Below, piece by piece: positions 17,318 through 29,230 of a stretch of DNA of 41,873 bases. The stretch is from Minisyncoccota bacterium (GTDB lineage Bacteria > Patescibacteriota > Minisyncoccia > Phycocordibacterales > UBA6065), in contig DASTLR010000020.1 in the NCBI GenBank assembly GCA_035714745.1, forward strand, positions 1 through 41,873, read 5' to 3'. The notes below the pieces were generated by a model. The model was given only the letters and a program-made list of their open reading frames with translations, made no database searches and was not told the DNA's origin. The translations under genes and the position numbers were made by a program. Numbering within the stretch: position 1 is the first letter of the stretch; the number at the start of each line of letters is the position of its first letter.

Positions 17318-17604
17318 AAATGATCCCCAGGGGATAATGAAAACATAGTCGCTACGCTCCTTGTTTTCAATAAAAAAGCCCGAAATTTCTCTCCGCGCAG
17401 TTTCTCGAAGCCGTGCTCCCTAGAGAGCGCCTGCGGAAAGGGTTAATTTCAAGGGTATTTCCTTGTAATGCCGGCAAAAACGTAGGTTTCGGCTAGCTAG
17501 GGCACTCTACCATATCCGGCGGAAAATGGAAGAGCCGTCCTTGAAGCAAAAGTTGTTAAATTTTCTTTAAGATTCCTTTATCTCTCGTTTGCTAGGTTCG
17601 AGAG

Positions 17605-18015
17605 ATGGATGCTCCTCGCAATCTTCGCGGCGCTATCAAAGAAATGTACCCTTTAGATAAAGGGGTTTTGATAGCGCGGCCGATAGATGACATACGGCTT
17701 GGACATCGGGTATCCATAAGCAGGAGGGCGTTGAAGCATATCATCGAAGAAAGGAAGGCGGACGGCTATTCTCTAGACAAAATATACAGGCTGCTCGTTC
17801 GTGTGCTTAGAGCAGTTCGCAGACCAGGATTGATCGCGAAAAATCTTAATAAAAAATATCCCAACAGCATCGTCTTTGGAAGGTCTTTTACGCTGACCAA
17901 AGAATACGCTGTCGTGATATGCGAGCCAGAGGGGGAATCGTTCCGCATTATCAATGCGTTCTACCGCTCAAAGTCAAAGTACGACAAGCTTAAAGCAAAA
18001 AGTGAACGTCGCTAA
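17605..18015 (+). CDS. Hypothetical protein in an AT-richer islet (possible BECR-fold RNase-like toxin)
   Basis: 136-aa basic protein. ISRRALKHIIEERKADGY is reminiscent of phage-associated BECR nuclease N-termini (weak, from memory). Confidence 0.4.
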   Translation: MDAPRNLRGAIKEMYPLDKGVLIARPIDDIRLGHRVSISRRALKHIIEERKADGYSLDKIYRLLVRVLRAVRRPGLIAKNLNKKYPNSIVFGRSFTLTKEYAVVICEPEGESFRIINAFYRSKSKYDKLKAKSERR

Positions 18016-18114
18016 TTTGCTACCCGAGGGGCGGAATGCCCTTTCAGGTCTATCCCTCATCTGTTCCCGGTCGTCCGGGCCCGACAGCCTCCTTTCTGTC
18101 CTTGGTAGCAAATT
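18014..18114 (+). other. Candidate structured RNA / palindromic element
   Basis: 11-bp closing stem AATTTGCTACC/GGTAGCAAATT encloses three hairpins at 18029-18041, 18066-18079 and 18083-18100. Confidence 0.25.
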
Positions 18115-18162
18115 ACCGCCGTTCACTCACCTATAAATTTTACTTTTTTAGGCATCAAAGTC

Positions 18163-18195
18163 AAGAAAAAAAGCCGCCTATCCTTTGGGCGGCTT
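18163..18195 (-). terminator. Rho-independent terminator (minus strand)
   Basis: AAGCCGCC / GGCGGCTT stem followed on the minus strand by a T-run. The stop codon of CDS 18178..18573 lies in the loop. Confidence 0.6.
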
Positions 18196-18573
18196 GTAGA
18201 CGGGTAGGGAATGATAGTCGAGGCGCTCTCCGCCCCGCAAGAATATGTGGAAAGGAGGGACTCGGTCCGTGTCGGCTAGTTCCTCGATGATCACTCCAAC
18301 CTTTTCCGGTTCTTTGACATAAAGGATCTTTTTCGACCTCTTTTCTCCCCTGATGGAAGGAACCTCATGGTCAGGGAGGATTTCCCATGACCCAGGATTG
18401 ATAGAGACAGCCATGCATTCGAACTCAATGACAAATGTGCCCGCGCGCACGAAGAGGGTTTTAATCTTGCCTCTGTAATCCGTGCCGTAACTCGAGAATC
18501 GGCATTCTGCTCCCATTAGGGCCAGGCTCATCTCGATGAGCCTCTCCCAGGAGATTTCTTCGGTGGTGTGCAT
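18178..18573 (-). CDS. Hypothetical protein
   Basis: Start placed at ATG 18573 because TTGACA-16-TAACCT-8-ATG lies upstream. The track start at 18627 is the alternative. No family recognised. Confidence 0.45.
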   Translation of the reverse strand: MHTTEEISWERLIEMSLALMGAECRFSSYGTDYRGKIKTLFVRAGTFVIEFECMAVSINPGSWEILPDHEVPSIRGEKRSKKILYVKEPEKVGVIIEELADTDRVPPFHIFLRGGERLDYHSLPVYKPPKG

Positions 18574-18648
18574 CTGGCTGCAGGTTACCCTCTGGGCGGC
18601 GCCTGTCAACCTAGAAACAATTCCCAAAATGCCCTATACTCTCCCCAT

Positions 18649-19281
18649 ATGGTAATCACCTATCAAGGCGGCGCGTTCGTAAAGGTCCAGTTCGGCGACA
18701 TCACCGTCGCCGTCAATCCGATATCAAAGGAGTCGAAGTCTCTCAAGCCTTCGCGCTTTGGCGCGGACATCGCCCTGGTCTCGCTCAATCACGCTGATTT
18801 CGCCGGCGTCGAGCAGGTCTCGTTCGGCGACAAGCAGGCCTTCGCCATCACAGGGCCGGGAGAATATGAGATCAAGGGCGTCTTCATCAAAGGCTTCAAG
18901 TCGGATTCCAAATACGGCGGGGAGGACAGGCTCAACGCCATCTACACGGTCAGCCTGGAGAACATGAACCTCTGCTTCCTGGGCGCGCACGCGGGCAAGG
19001 ACCTGCCGAGCGAGGTAGCCGAAGCGCTCGACGACGTCGATATCCTCTTCGTGCCGGTCGGCGCCGACGGCGTCATGTCCCCGGCCGACGCCTACAAGCT
19101 GGCGGTGAACATCGAGCCCAAGCTCATCGTGCCCCTCTATTTCGGCAACGCCGCCGCGCTGAAAGCCTTCCTCAAGGAAGCGGGAGAAGAAGCCCAGAAG
19201 CCCGTAGACAAGCTCACCCTCAAGAAGAAGGACCTGGAGGGCAAGGAGGCCGACGTGGTGGTGCTGGAGCCAGCGGCTTAA
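18649..19281 (+). CDS. MBL-fold metal-dependent hydrolase (UPF0173-like)
   Basis: MVITYQGGAFVKVQFGDITVAVNP...LVSLNHADFAG...ILFVPVG layout is typical of small beta-lactamase-fold hydrolases. Confidence 0.55.
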   Translation: MVITYQGGAFVKVQFGDITVAVNPISKESKSLKPSRFGADIALVSLNHADFAGVEQVSFGDKQAFAITGPGEYEIKGVFIKGFKSDSKYGGEDRLNAIYTVSLENMNLCFLGAHAGKDLPSEVAEALDDVDILFVPVGADGVMSPADAYKLAVNIEPKLIVPLYFGNAAALKAFLKEAGEEAQKPVDKLTLKKKDLEGKEADVVVLEPAA

Positions 19282-19282
19282 T

Positions 19283-19516
19283 ATGATCGGCTATATCGAA
19301 AACCTAAGGAAGAGGCCCGAGCCGGAGAGGCGGCGGGCGGTCTTGTGGATCTCGCTCTCGATCACCGGCGCCATCGCCCTGGTCTGGGGGATCGCTTTGG
19401 CTATGCGCATCAGCGCGGGCGAATTCCCGCCCAAGAGCGACTCGGCCTCCGATGCGCCGAGCGTCGGCGAGACTATCTCGACGTTCTTCGACCAGATAAA
19501 AAAGGCGGCCCAGTAG
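19283..19516 (+). CDS. Small membrane protein
   Basis: Starts 1 nt after the previous stop. One TM helix (VLWISLSITGAIALVWGIALA). Strong GC3 bias. Confidence 0.5.
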   Translation: MIGYIENLRKRPEPERRRAVLWISLSITGAIALVWGIALAMRISAGEFPPKSDSASDAPSVGETISTFFDQIKKAAQ

Positions 19517-19528
19517 GGCCGCCGGGCG

Positions 19529-19813
19529 CTAGAGCCAGCGAAGGCCGCTCATCACGGCGAGGGCGGCCGTTTTCCATGCCGCGAGGAGCGCCTTCTCGAA
19601 GGCGAGGGCGCAGAGCGGGGCCGCGACGCCGACGGCGACCCCGACGACCGCCGCGGCGGTCAGGAGCTGGCGGATGCCTGGCTCCTGACCTGCGCCCGCT
19701 TCCGTTCCCCAGGCGACGAGCTCGGGCCGCACGACGCAGACAAGGAACGAGAGGATCGATGCCGCGAGCCCGATGTAGAAATAGGCGAATATCCGGTTAT
19801 ATTTTGCGTTCAT
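19529..19813 (-). CDS. Small membrane protein
   Basis: Two to three hydrophobic helices and GC3 bias. The overlapping Arg/Pro-rich plus-strand ORF was rejected. Confidence 0.5.
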   Translation of the reverse strand: MNAKYNRIFAYFYIGLAASILSFLVCVVRPELVAWGTEAGAGQEPGIRQLLTAAAVVGVAVGVAAPLCALAFEKALLAAWKTAALAVMSGLRWL

Positions 19814-19926
19814 GAAGGGGCATTTCTGTCGATACTACGTTCATTGGGGCGCTTTGGATTCAGGGAATGACGGACAAGAAAAGCCCGCGACGCGCGTCGC
19901 GGGCTTGAGAGCTCGTTGGCTGGCAG

Positions 19927-20325
19927 TCAGCTCTTCGGCCGCCTGTGGAAGTGGACGAAGTAACCGGTGCAATCGATGGTGCCGCCGCCGGTGAAGCTCC
20001 TGCTTTCGAAGTGCGGGGTCGGCGTGGCGCTGTCGTATTCCTGGTGCTTGCCGAGGAAGGCCGACAGGGCGTTGCCGAATCTCGCGCCGGTGTGGCTGAA
20101 GTAGAAGACGTCGCTGCCGTAGGGGACGATGCCTTGGCCGACGAATTCAGGCTCCACTTCGCGCTTGCCCTCGAAGAAGTTCGAGTTCGCGCCGCTGTTC
20201 GGGCTATTGTCGGCGTAGAGCGAAGGACGGGCCGCCGACTCGGCGCGGGCCGGGGAAGTGCAGTCCAAATAGGTGAGCACGATGAGGCTGAGCGCGAAGC
20301 CCAGGATGAGCACGAACTTTTTCAT
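19927..20325 (-). CDS. Secreted hypothetical protein
   Basis: Start set at MKKFVLILGFALSLIVLTYLDC (signal peptide). Confidence 0.5.
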   Translation of the reverse strand: MKKFVLILGFALSLIVLTYLDCTSPARAESAARPSLYADNSPNSGANSNFFEGKREVEPEFVGQGIVPYGSDVFYFSHTGARFGNALSAFLGKHQEYDSATPTPHFESRSFTGGGTIDCTGYFVHFHRRPKS

Positions 20326-20496
20326 GGAGCAGTGGTTTCGATTGTTGTGGAAGCGGATGTATCGCACCTTCCGATTAAAACCCTATAATTTATGTTACAT
20401 TTTGTCAAGTACTTGGAAAGGCCGAAAAATGCTATGATTTAAGCACTAGAGACCCGCCCAGCGCGCCTTTATTTTTTCCCAAAAAAACACCCATTT

Positions 20497-22986
<2,490 letters not shown>

Positions 22987-23004
22987 GCCTCGCCGAATCT
23001 ATAC

Positions 23005-23040
23005 AAAAAAAAGACCCGCTCTTGATGGAGCGGGTGCTTT
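23005..23040. terminator. Terminator between gyrA and the convergent gene
   Basis: A-run, then ACCCGCTC-TTGATG-GAGCGGGT stem-loop. A strong T-run follows on the minus strand. Confidence 0.55.
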
Positions 23041-23081
23041 GTATCTGCCCGGCTGTCGTCGAGCTCTTGGCTTTGGCTGCG

Positions 23082-23522
23082 CTAGGCGGCCAGGGCCAAG
23101 GGGGCCGAGGTGTGACGCTGCTGGGCGGCGGCCACGCGGATCTTTTCGATCCGGAGCGCCGGGTTGTGGTGGCGGGGGCGGCGGAAGAGGATGTTCTCGC
23201 CGTCCTCGCCGGCCATCTTCCAGACGCGCAGGTCGCTGTGGGCCGTCGCGGCCAGCACCTTGCGGACGTTCGTCGGGTGCGGCAGGACCAGCAGGGCTTC
23301 GAGCGGCGGGGCCCGGAAGGCCTTGCGGCGGACCTTGATAGATGCCGCCGCGGCGGGAGTCACGATCTGCGCCTCGGCGGCCTGGCGACGGATGTCGGCC
23401 AGGAGCTGGCGGGCCAGCGGGACGGGCTCGGCCTGGCTCGCGGGGGACTGGGCAGGGGAAGCGGCCTTGCTCGAGACGAGCGAGGCCACGAAGCCGACGA
23501 TGGATTGGAACAATTTCTTCAC
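23082..23522 (-). CDS. Hypothetical protein
   Basis: Chosen among five overlapping ORFs because of pronounced GC3 bias in this frame and a plausible N-terminus (MKKLFQSIVGFVASLV). Confidence 0.5.
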   Translation of the reverse strand: MKKLFQSIVGFVASLVSSKAASPAQSPASQAEPVPLARQLLADIRRQAAEAQIVTPAAAASIKVRRKAFRAPPLEALLVLPHPTNVRKVLAATAHSDLRVWKMAGEDGENILFRRPRHHNPALRIEKIRVAAAQQRHTSAPLALAA

Positions 23523-23671
23523 GATAGAGGGAGCTGAGGGTTTGGTCGTGGCTGTCGCTTGCGCGCAGCCGTTTCCGGAGATTCATGTTCAATTATATCA
23601 TCTATCGTAAACATTGTCAATATGTTCAAAACTCCCATAAAATAAGGCTAAAAACAGGCTATACTGTATCC

Positions 23672-24229
23672 ATGTTCTCCCACCCTCAGCACAACATCGA
23701 GCAGCTCGGCATATCCGACGGCGCCGTCGTGGCCGATCTGGGCGCCGGCTCTGGCTTCTACGCCCTGGCCGCGGCCCGGGCCGTGGCGCCGACCGGCCGC
23801 GTCTATGCTATCGACGCCCAGCGCGACCTGATGGAGCGCCTGAAAAAAGAGGCTCAGCGGCTCCATCTGAGGAACATCGAGGTGCTCTCGGGCGACCTGG
23901 AGAGGCTCGGCGGCTCAAAGATCCGCGAATCGTCCTGCGACGTGGCCATTGCCTCGAACGTGCTCTTCATGGTCGAGGACAAGAAGTCGTTCCTCCTGGA
24001 GGCGCGCCGCATCCTGAAGCCGTCGGGCCGGCTGCTCCTGGTCGACTGGACGGCCTCGTTCTCGGGCATGGGGCCGCACGCCGACCACGTCGTCTACAAG
24101 GAGGACGCCATGAAGCTGGCCCTGGCGGCGGGCTTCGCCTTTGACCGCGAGATCCACGCCGGCGCGCACCATTATGGTATAATTTTCCGTAAGTCCCGAC
24201 CCCTCTTGCCACTAGATTCTAACTTCTAA
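23672..24229 (+). CDS. Class I SAM-dependent methyltransferase
   Basis: VADLGAGSGFYALAAA motif I, and ILKPSGRLLLVDW. Start at ATG 23672, preceded by TATACT. Confidence 0.8.
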   Translation: MFSHPQHNIEQLGISDGAVVADLGAGSGFYALAAARAVAPTGRVYAIDAQRDLMERLKKEAQRLHLRNIEVLSGDLERLGGSKIRESSCDVAIASNVLFMVEDKKSFLLEARRILKPSGRLLLVDWTASFSGMGPHADHVVYKEDAMKLALAAGFAFDREIHAGAHHYGIIFRKSRPLLPLDSNF

Positions 24230-24239
24230 ATCCTTCCCC
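24213..24239 (+). repeat. Heptad-motif copy d
   Basis: TAGATTCTAACTTCTAAATCCTTCCCC. Overlaps the methyltransferase stop and ends at the ATG of the SBP gene. Confidence 0.7.
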
Positions 24240-25529
24240 ATGTCCCGCTTCCAGCTTATCTTCACCGGCGTGCTCGTCGCCTTCGGCATCGGAGGGGCGA
24301 TCCTCTTCGCCGTCTCAAAGAACACCTCGAACCAGGGTGCCCCTGCCACCGTCATGTGGGGCACGCTCAAGGCGGGCGCCGTCTCAGCCTTGCTTTCGGA
24401 CGTCTCAGCCGACTATCGTTCGAGCCTGAACGTCACCTACGTGCAAAAGGACGCCGATTCCTTTGAATCCGACCTCATCGCCGCCCTGGCGCGCGGCGCC
24501 GGCCCGGACATGGTCCTCTTGCCGCAGGACCTCATCCTCAAGCAGCTGGACAAGTTCTACGTCGTGCCGTTCTCGAGCTATTCCGAGAGGTCGTTCAAGA
24601 GCTCGTTCATCCAGGAAGGCGAGCTCTATCTGACGCCCGAGGGCATCGTCGGCTTTCCGTTCTCGCTCGACCCGCTGGTCATGTATTGGAACAGGGATAT
24701 CTTCGCCGATGCGGGAGCGGCCCTGCCGCCAAAGACATGGGCGGAATTCTTTACCCTGGCTCCGCAGGCGACGAAGAAAGACGCTAACGGGAATATAACG
24801 CAGAGCCTGGCGGCCTTTGGCGAGGCGCGCAACGTTGCCCACTACAAAGACGTGCTCGCCCTCTTGGCCCTGCAGGCTGGCACGCCGATCGTGGGAGCGA
24901 ACGCCCAGGGCTATCTATCGAGCAGGCTCGCTGACCGCGGCTCGAGCCTGGTGCCGGGCGAAGAGGCGCTCTCGTTCTATACGGAATTCTCTAACCCTGC
25001 CAAAGCCTCGTACACCTGGAATCGCTCCCTGCCGCAGGACAGGAACGCCTTTGCCGCAGGGCGCCTCGGCCTCTATTTCGGCTATGCGAGCGAGCTCTCG
25101 TCTATCCGCGCGGCCAACCCGAACCTGAACTTCGACGTGGCGCCCCTGCCGCAGACCGGCCAAAAGAAAGTGACCTTTGGCTCGATGACGGCTATCGCCC
25201 TTTTGAAAGCGTCAAAGAACCTGAATGCGGCGTTCATGGCAGCGGCCACCCTGACGAGCGCGCCCGTCCAGCAGGCTTGGGTCGAGGCCTCGGGCTACGC
25301 CCCGGTGCGCCGCGACATGCTCGCCAGCCTGCCGGGCGATGCCTACAAGGCCGTCTTCTACCAGAGCGCCCTGACCTCGAACGCCTGGCTCGATCCGAAC
25401 AGGGAAGGCACCGACGACGTCTTTTGGCGCATGATCGAGAACGTCACCTCGGGCAAGCTGCGGGTCTCGGAATCCGTGCGCGCCGCCAGCCAGGAGATCG
25501 ACGGGCTCATCAGGTCAGCGAACCAATGA
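24240..25529 (+). CDS. Extracellular solute-binding protein (family 1 ABC-type SBP), N-terminally membrane anchored
   Basis: TM anchor, then GPDMVLLPQD.., MYWNRDIFADAG..PKTWAEF, typical of sugar-type SBPs. No permease or ATPase gene is adjacent. Confidence 0.75.
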   Translation: MSRFQLIFTGVLVAFGIGGAILFAVSKNTSNQGAPATVMWGTLKAGAVSALLSDVSADYRSSLNVTYVQKDADSFESDLIAALARGAGPDMVLLPQDLILKQLDKFYVVPFSSYSERSFKSSFIQEGELYLTPEGIVGFPFSLDPLVMYWNRDIFADAGAALPPKTWAEFFTLAPQATKKDANGNITQSLAAFGEARNVAHYKDVLALLALQAGTPIVGANAQGYLSSRLADRGSSLVPGEEALSFYTEFSNPAKASYTWNRSLPQDRNAFAAGRLGLYFGYASELSSIRAANPNLNFDVAPLPQTGQKKVTFGSMTAIALLKASKNLNAAFMAAATLTSAPVQQAWVEASGYAPVRRDMLASLPGDAYKAVFYQSALTSNAWLDPNREGTDDVFWRMIENVTSGKLRVSESVRAASQEIDGLIRSANQ

Positions 25530-25984
25530 AAAAAACCACTTTTCTTGCGGCTGTAGTCTTTGTTCTGGCAGTAGCATTGTCGCCTGTGAGGGTATCGGCC
25601 GTATCTGGCACTGACGGCGGCATCGGCTCTCAAGATCCGCGAGGCGCCACATTCCAGCTCATCCCCTGCGACGGGGTAACGGTAGAGTGCGACTTCGACG
25701 CCTTCGTCGTGGGCATAAATAGGCTCCTGAAATTCCTCCTCTATCTCTCCATACCTCTGGTCCTTGGCATGATCCTCTACACCGGCTGGCTCTATCTGAC
25801 GGCGAACGGCGAGTCCGGCCAGCTCGAAAAAGCCAAGAAGATGTTCATTCCAGTCCTCTTGGGCATCTTTTGGATCGCCGCGGCCTACATCGTCGTCTAC
25901 ACCATTTTGGACAAGTTCGTCTCGGAGAAGTTCCGCGAGTCGGCCAAGGACTCGATCAAGATACTCGATAATACGAAAAAATAA
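25526..25984 (+). CDS. TrbC/VirB2-like (T4SS-pilin-like) small membrane protein P1
   Basis: Signal peptide, then two TM helices separated by the loop NGESGQLEKAKK. The start overlaps the SBP stop (ATGA). Confidence 0.6.
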   Translation: MKKTTFLAAVVFVLAVALSPVRVSAVSGTDGGIGSQDPRGATFQLIPCDGVTVECDFDAFVVGINRLLKFLLYLSIPLVLGMILYTGWLYLTANGESGQLEKAKKMFIPVLLGIFWIAAAYIVVYTILDKFVSEKFRESAKDSIKILDNTKK

Positions 25985-25985
25985 T

Positions 25986-26423
25986 ATGAAAAAGACACTC
26001 ATAGCGATGGCGGTCCTGGCCCTGGCGGCGTTCGCCCCGGCGACGGTGGCCCTGGCGCAGGATACGACCGCAGCGGCGAAAGCGCCCGCAGGAGACACCA
26101 CAGGTGCCGCAAAGCCCGCTGCGACAGGTCCGACCGCCGTCGGCAAGGCCTCGCTCGAGAATCCCTTGGGCATGGGCGTCAACAGCATCTCTGACCTCTT
26201 CTACAAGATCGTCAACTTCGTCATCAGCCTGAGCTACGTGGTCATCGCCTTCTTCCTCATCCTCTCCGGCTTCAAATTCGTCATGGCCCAGGGGAGCGAG
26301 AGCGAGCTCGAGAAGGCCAAGCACACCTTCTACTACACCATCATCGGCGCGGCCGTGATCGTCGGCGCCCAGACCATCACCGCCATCGTCCAAAAGATCA
26401 TCGAGGGGTTGGGAAGCAAATAA
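25986..26423 (+). CDS. TrbC/VirB2-like small membrane protein P2
   Basis: Signal peptide, Ala/Thr/Pro-rich spacer, two TM helices with the loop QGSESELEKAKH. Starts 1 nt after the P1 stop. Confidence 0.6.
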   Translation: MKKTLIAMAVLALAAFAPATVALAQDTTAAAKAPAGDTTGAAKPAATGPTAVGKASLENPLGMGVNSISDLFYKIVNFVISLSYVVIAFFLILSGFKFVMAQGSESELEKAKHTFYYTIIGAAVIVGAQTITAIVQKIIEGLGSK

Positions 26424-26440
26424 ACAGGCTAAGAGAGCAT

Positions 26441-27217
26441 ATGACCTCGATCTCCCTCTATTGCTTGAACGTCATGCATGGGCGCGATACGAGGAGCGCT
26501 GTCTTTCCGCCATTCGTCTCGCGGCGCAGAGCAGAGAAGAACCTCATAAGGATCGCCGATTCTATCGCTGCGGCTGATCCGGATATCGTAGCGCTTCAGG
26601 AGATAGATGAAGCATCCATATGCAGCGGGAGCTTTGACCAGGTGGCCTTTCTAAACGCCCGGCTCGGCTACCCTTATACATATTTCGCCCCGAGCTGCTC
26701 TCTGAGAATGGGACAGAGCGGTCTTTTCGTCACAGGCAACGCTCTTTTCTCTAAATTTCCCCTGGAACGGTGCGAAGCATTTAGATTCGGTCTCTCTTTT
26801 CCTAACGACCGTATGGGCTTTGTCATCGCCGATGTGCGTTTGCCAGGAGGCAAAGCGATCGCGGTGACGTCGATCCATCTGGTGTGGGTCGATTGGACGA
26901 GGCTTGCTCCTCGGGCATCAGAGCTCGATATGGTCGCGAGCAAGGCAGGCGAACGCAAGCACCCTGTCGTCATGCTAGGGGATTTCAATTGCGATATGAC
27001 AGGCAGGGAAGATTCCCTGCGCGTTTTCTCCCGCCGTCTGGGCTTGCATACATGCCAGCCGCAGAGCGCCGAATTCCATACCTATCCTTCCTGGGCCCCT
27101 TCGCGACGGATCGATTGGATATTTGTCCCGTCGGCGATGTCGATATCGTCGTATCGAGTGCTTCCTGAACGTGTCTCTGACCATAGGGCAGTGGTCGCAG
27201 AGGTCTCGATCCCATAA
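26441..27217 (+). CDS. Endonuclease/exonuclease/phosphatase (EEP) family protein
   Basis: DIVALQEID, VMLGDFN and VSDHRAV catalytic motifs. Confidence 0.8.
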   Translation: MTSISLYCLNVMHGRDTRSAVFPPFVSRRRAEKNLIRIADSIAAADPDIVALQEIDEASICSGSFDQVAFLNARLGYPYTYFAPSCSLRMGQSGLFVTGNALFSKFPLERCEAFRFGLSFPNDRMGFVIADVRLPGGKAIAVTSIHLVWVDWTRLAPRASELDMVASKAGERKHPVVMLGDFNCDMTGREDSLRVFSRRLGLHTCQPQSAEFHTYPSWAPSRRIDWIFVPSAMSISSYRVLPERVSDHRAVVAEVSIP

Positions 27218-27264
27218 AAAAGCCGGACTGGGGAGAGTCCGGCGCGATCGCGCAGAGCGCGCGG

Positions 27265-28188
27265 TCACTTTTTCCACGAAACCCAGAACGGGTCGTCCGA
27301 CCAGAATATGACCTGGTCCGCGCCCTTGATGTCGAAACCGGCATCGGAAGGCACGTCGACCGTCCTGGTCCATGTCTTGAAGAGGCCGTTCTTGTAGACC
27401 AGAGTGGCATGGATGCCCTCGACTGGCGCAAGCTGGACATCCATGTTCTCGATGTCCCACTTGGAGAAGGTCTTTGACCGGCCCCCCGTAGGGAAGACCG
27501 CCGAATTCCTCTCCCGCGATCCTTTCGAGGAGTTCACGGCATTCGTCGCCAGCATGCCTGCGGAGGACGCGGGCGACGGGCTGGCCCTGGGCCTTTCGCG
27601 GGCCGGCCTCGTGGGGTCAGGTTCGTTTGCCCGGGCCTTTGCCTCGCTCTGGGCCCTCGTCTCGGCCCTGATCTGGTCCATGCGCTCGAGGGCCTCTTTT
27701 CTCATATCGGCCAGCGCCTGCTCGGAAGCAGAGAGGCGCGAAGCGATCTCTTTCGCATGGTCGTCGACGGCCCTGACCTCTTTCCTGGTCTCTTCGGCTT
27801 CGCGCTTCAGATTCTCGGAAAGGGTCACGGTGGCGTCGACCAGGGATTTGCTGGTCCGCTCGGGGAGGGCTTCGATGGCGGCTTTGACCGTCTTGAATTC
27901 CTCTCTGAGCTCGCCGACCGAGGCGCGGACGTCGTGGGCCGCCGATCGGGCTTCCTCGGCGGCTTTCTGGGCTATGGCCGCCGATTCTTTCGATTCTTTG
28001 GCCGCTGCGCCTGCGCCTGCCGACGAATCGCGCAGCACCGATAGCGTGCTCACGTATTTCCAGAACAAGAGGACGATGAGGAGGAGGATGAGGATCGACA
28101 CAGCGAGCCTCACGATATTGACGGTGAACGCCGTAAAGCGCCGCCGCTTTCGGACGGTAGTGACTGTTTTTGTCGTAGCGGTAGCCAT
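27265..28188 (-). CDS. Membrane-anchored coiled-coil protein with C-terminal beta-rich domain
   Basis: Start at MATATTK. One TM helix, long Ala/Glu/Arg-rich heptad region, low-complexity linker, about 100-aa C-terminal domain. Confidence 0.55.
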   Translation of the reverse strand: MATATTKTVTTVRKRRRFTAFTVNIVRLAVSILILLLIVLLFWKYVSTLSVLRDSSAGAGAAAKESKESAAIAQKAAEEARSAAHDVRASVGELREEFKTVKAAIEALPERTSKSLVDATVTLSENLKREAEETRKEVRAVDDHAKEIASRLSASEQALADMRKEALERMDQIRAETRAQSEAKARANEPDPTRPARERPRASPSPASSAGMLATNAVNSSKGSRERNSAVFPTGGRSKTFSKWDIENMDVQLAPVEGIHATLVYKNGLFKTWTRTVDVPSDAGFDIKGADQVIFWSDDPFWVSWKK

Positions 28189-28328
28189 AGGAGGAGGGGG
28201 AAACGGGTATTTCGGGGTGCTGGCTCTATGGCCTACTACGACCCTGTACAGGCCATTAGGTTCATGTGGGGATAATGTCCGCCATCCATGGCGATTTTGG
28301 GTGTACAATGAGTAAAACCTCAATAATC

Positions 28329-28739
28329 ATGAAGAAATTATTTGTAGCATCATTATTCGTCCTGGTCCTTGTGCCCGATCTTGCTTTTGGAGCGGCAAAG
28401 CTCGCTACCCAGCAAGGCAATCCCGTCACGAATAGCGGCAGCGGGGGAGCCTGCAGCACCCTGACCTCCGAGGGCCTGAACGGCATCGTCAACTGCCTCC
28501 TCGGCATCATGGACAAGGTCGTGGTGCTCCTCATGGCCGGCGCCGTCGTCTACGTCGTCTACGGAGCCTTCCTCATGGTCTCGAGCGAGGAGAAGCGCCA
28601 GGCGGGCAAGGATACCGTCATCTACGGCATCATCGGCCTCTTCGTCATGGTCTCGATCTGGGGCTTGGTCAATATCCTGACGAGCACCTTTAACCTCCAG
28701 GGCGGCTATATCGCGCCGGTGCAGCTTCACCAGCCGTAA
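28329..28739 (+). CDS. TrbC/VirB2-like small membrane protein P3
   Basis: Signal peptide. TM1-SSEEKRQAGKD-TM2 with VIYGIIGLFVMVSIWGLVNIL. Paralog of P4 and P5. Confidence 0.6.
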   Translation: MKKLFVASLFVLVLVPDLAFGAAKLATQQGNPVTNSGSGGACSTLTSEGLNGIVNCLLGIMDKVVVLLMAGAVVYVVYGAFLMVSSEEKRQAGKDTVIYGIIGLFVMVSIWGLVNILTSTFNLQGGYIAPVQLHQP

Positions 28740-28791
28740 GACGCGATGCGGGCGGATTATCCCCAGGCGCCCTGTCTAGGCCATGTTTTCC

Positions 28792-28800
28792 TGGTACAAT
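28792..28800 (+). promoter_or_regulatory. Extended -10 element (TGGTACAAT) upstream of P4
   Basis: TGnTACAAT lies 49 nt upstream of ATG 28849. No good -35 element. Confidence 0.3.
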
Positions 28801-28848
28801 AGATAGGCCAAGCTTTTTAGCAGCAGCATTATTGGTTTAACCATCACT

Positions 28849-29205
28849 ATGAAAAAATTCGGCATTATGGCGGCAGCGTCGGCGATGCTCCCGGTCTCGG
28901 CCTTTGCGGCTGACATCAGGAATCTCGATAGCATATTCCTCTTCATCAAGAACATCCTGAATACGGTTCTTCCGCTCATCATCGCGGCGGCGGTCGTCTA
29001 CTTCGTCTGGGGCATGTTCCAGCTCTTCCTGGCCGGAGACGAGGAGAAGCACGAGAAGGCCAAGACCACCGTCATCTATGGCGTCATCGCCATCTTCGTC
29101 ATGGTATCCGTTTGGGGTCTGGTCAATATTCTCGCGAACACCTTTAATCTCAACAATAGCTCGGTTCAGGGAGACACGCAGCCATTGCAGAAGCTAGGTC
29201 TCTAG
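28849..29205 (+). CDS. TrbC/VirB2-like small membrane protein P4
   Basis: Signal peptide. TM1-AGDEEKHEKAKT-TM2 with VIYGVIAIFVMVSVWGLVNIL. Confidence 0.6.
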   Translation: MKKFGIMAAASAMLPVSAFAADIRNLDSIFLFIKNILNTVLPLIIAAAVVYFVWGMFQLFLAGDEEKHEKAKTTVIYGVIAIFVMVSVWGLVNILANTFNLNNSSVQGDTQPLQKLGL

Positions 29206-29230
29206 GTCAGGAATCTAATCTCTCGAGCGC

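Noticed and set aside
17323-17335. 13-bp perfect palindrome ATCCCCAGGGGAT, 5 nt upstream of the rpsA start.
   Set aside because: Single occurrence, too short to distinguish from chance, and a loop too small for a hairpin. No supporting second site.
20413-20438. Putative gyrA promoter: TTGGAA with extended -10 TGCTATGAT.
   Set aside because: The spacer is only 14 nt. The extended -10 alone is plausible, but I cannot support the call well enough to list it as a feature.
22999-23610. Four competing ORFs (22999..23592 -, 23022..23537 +, 23039..23338 +, 23164..23610 +) in the spacer after gyrA.
   Set aside because: Arg/Pro/Gly-rich or shadow-like. Only the 23082..23522 minus frame shows consistent GC3 bias and a plausible N-terminus.
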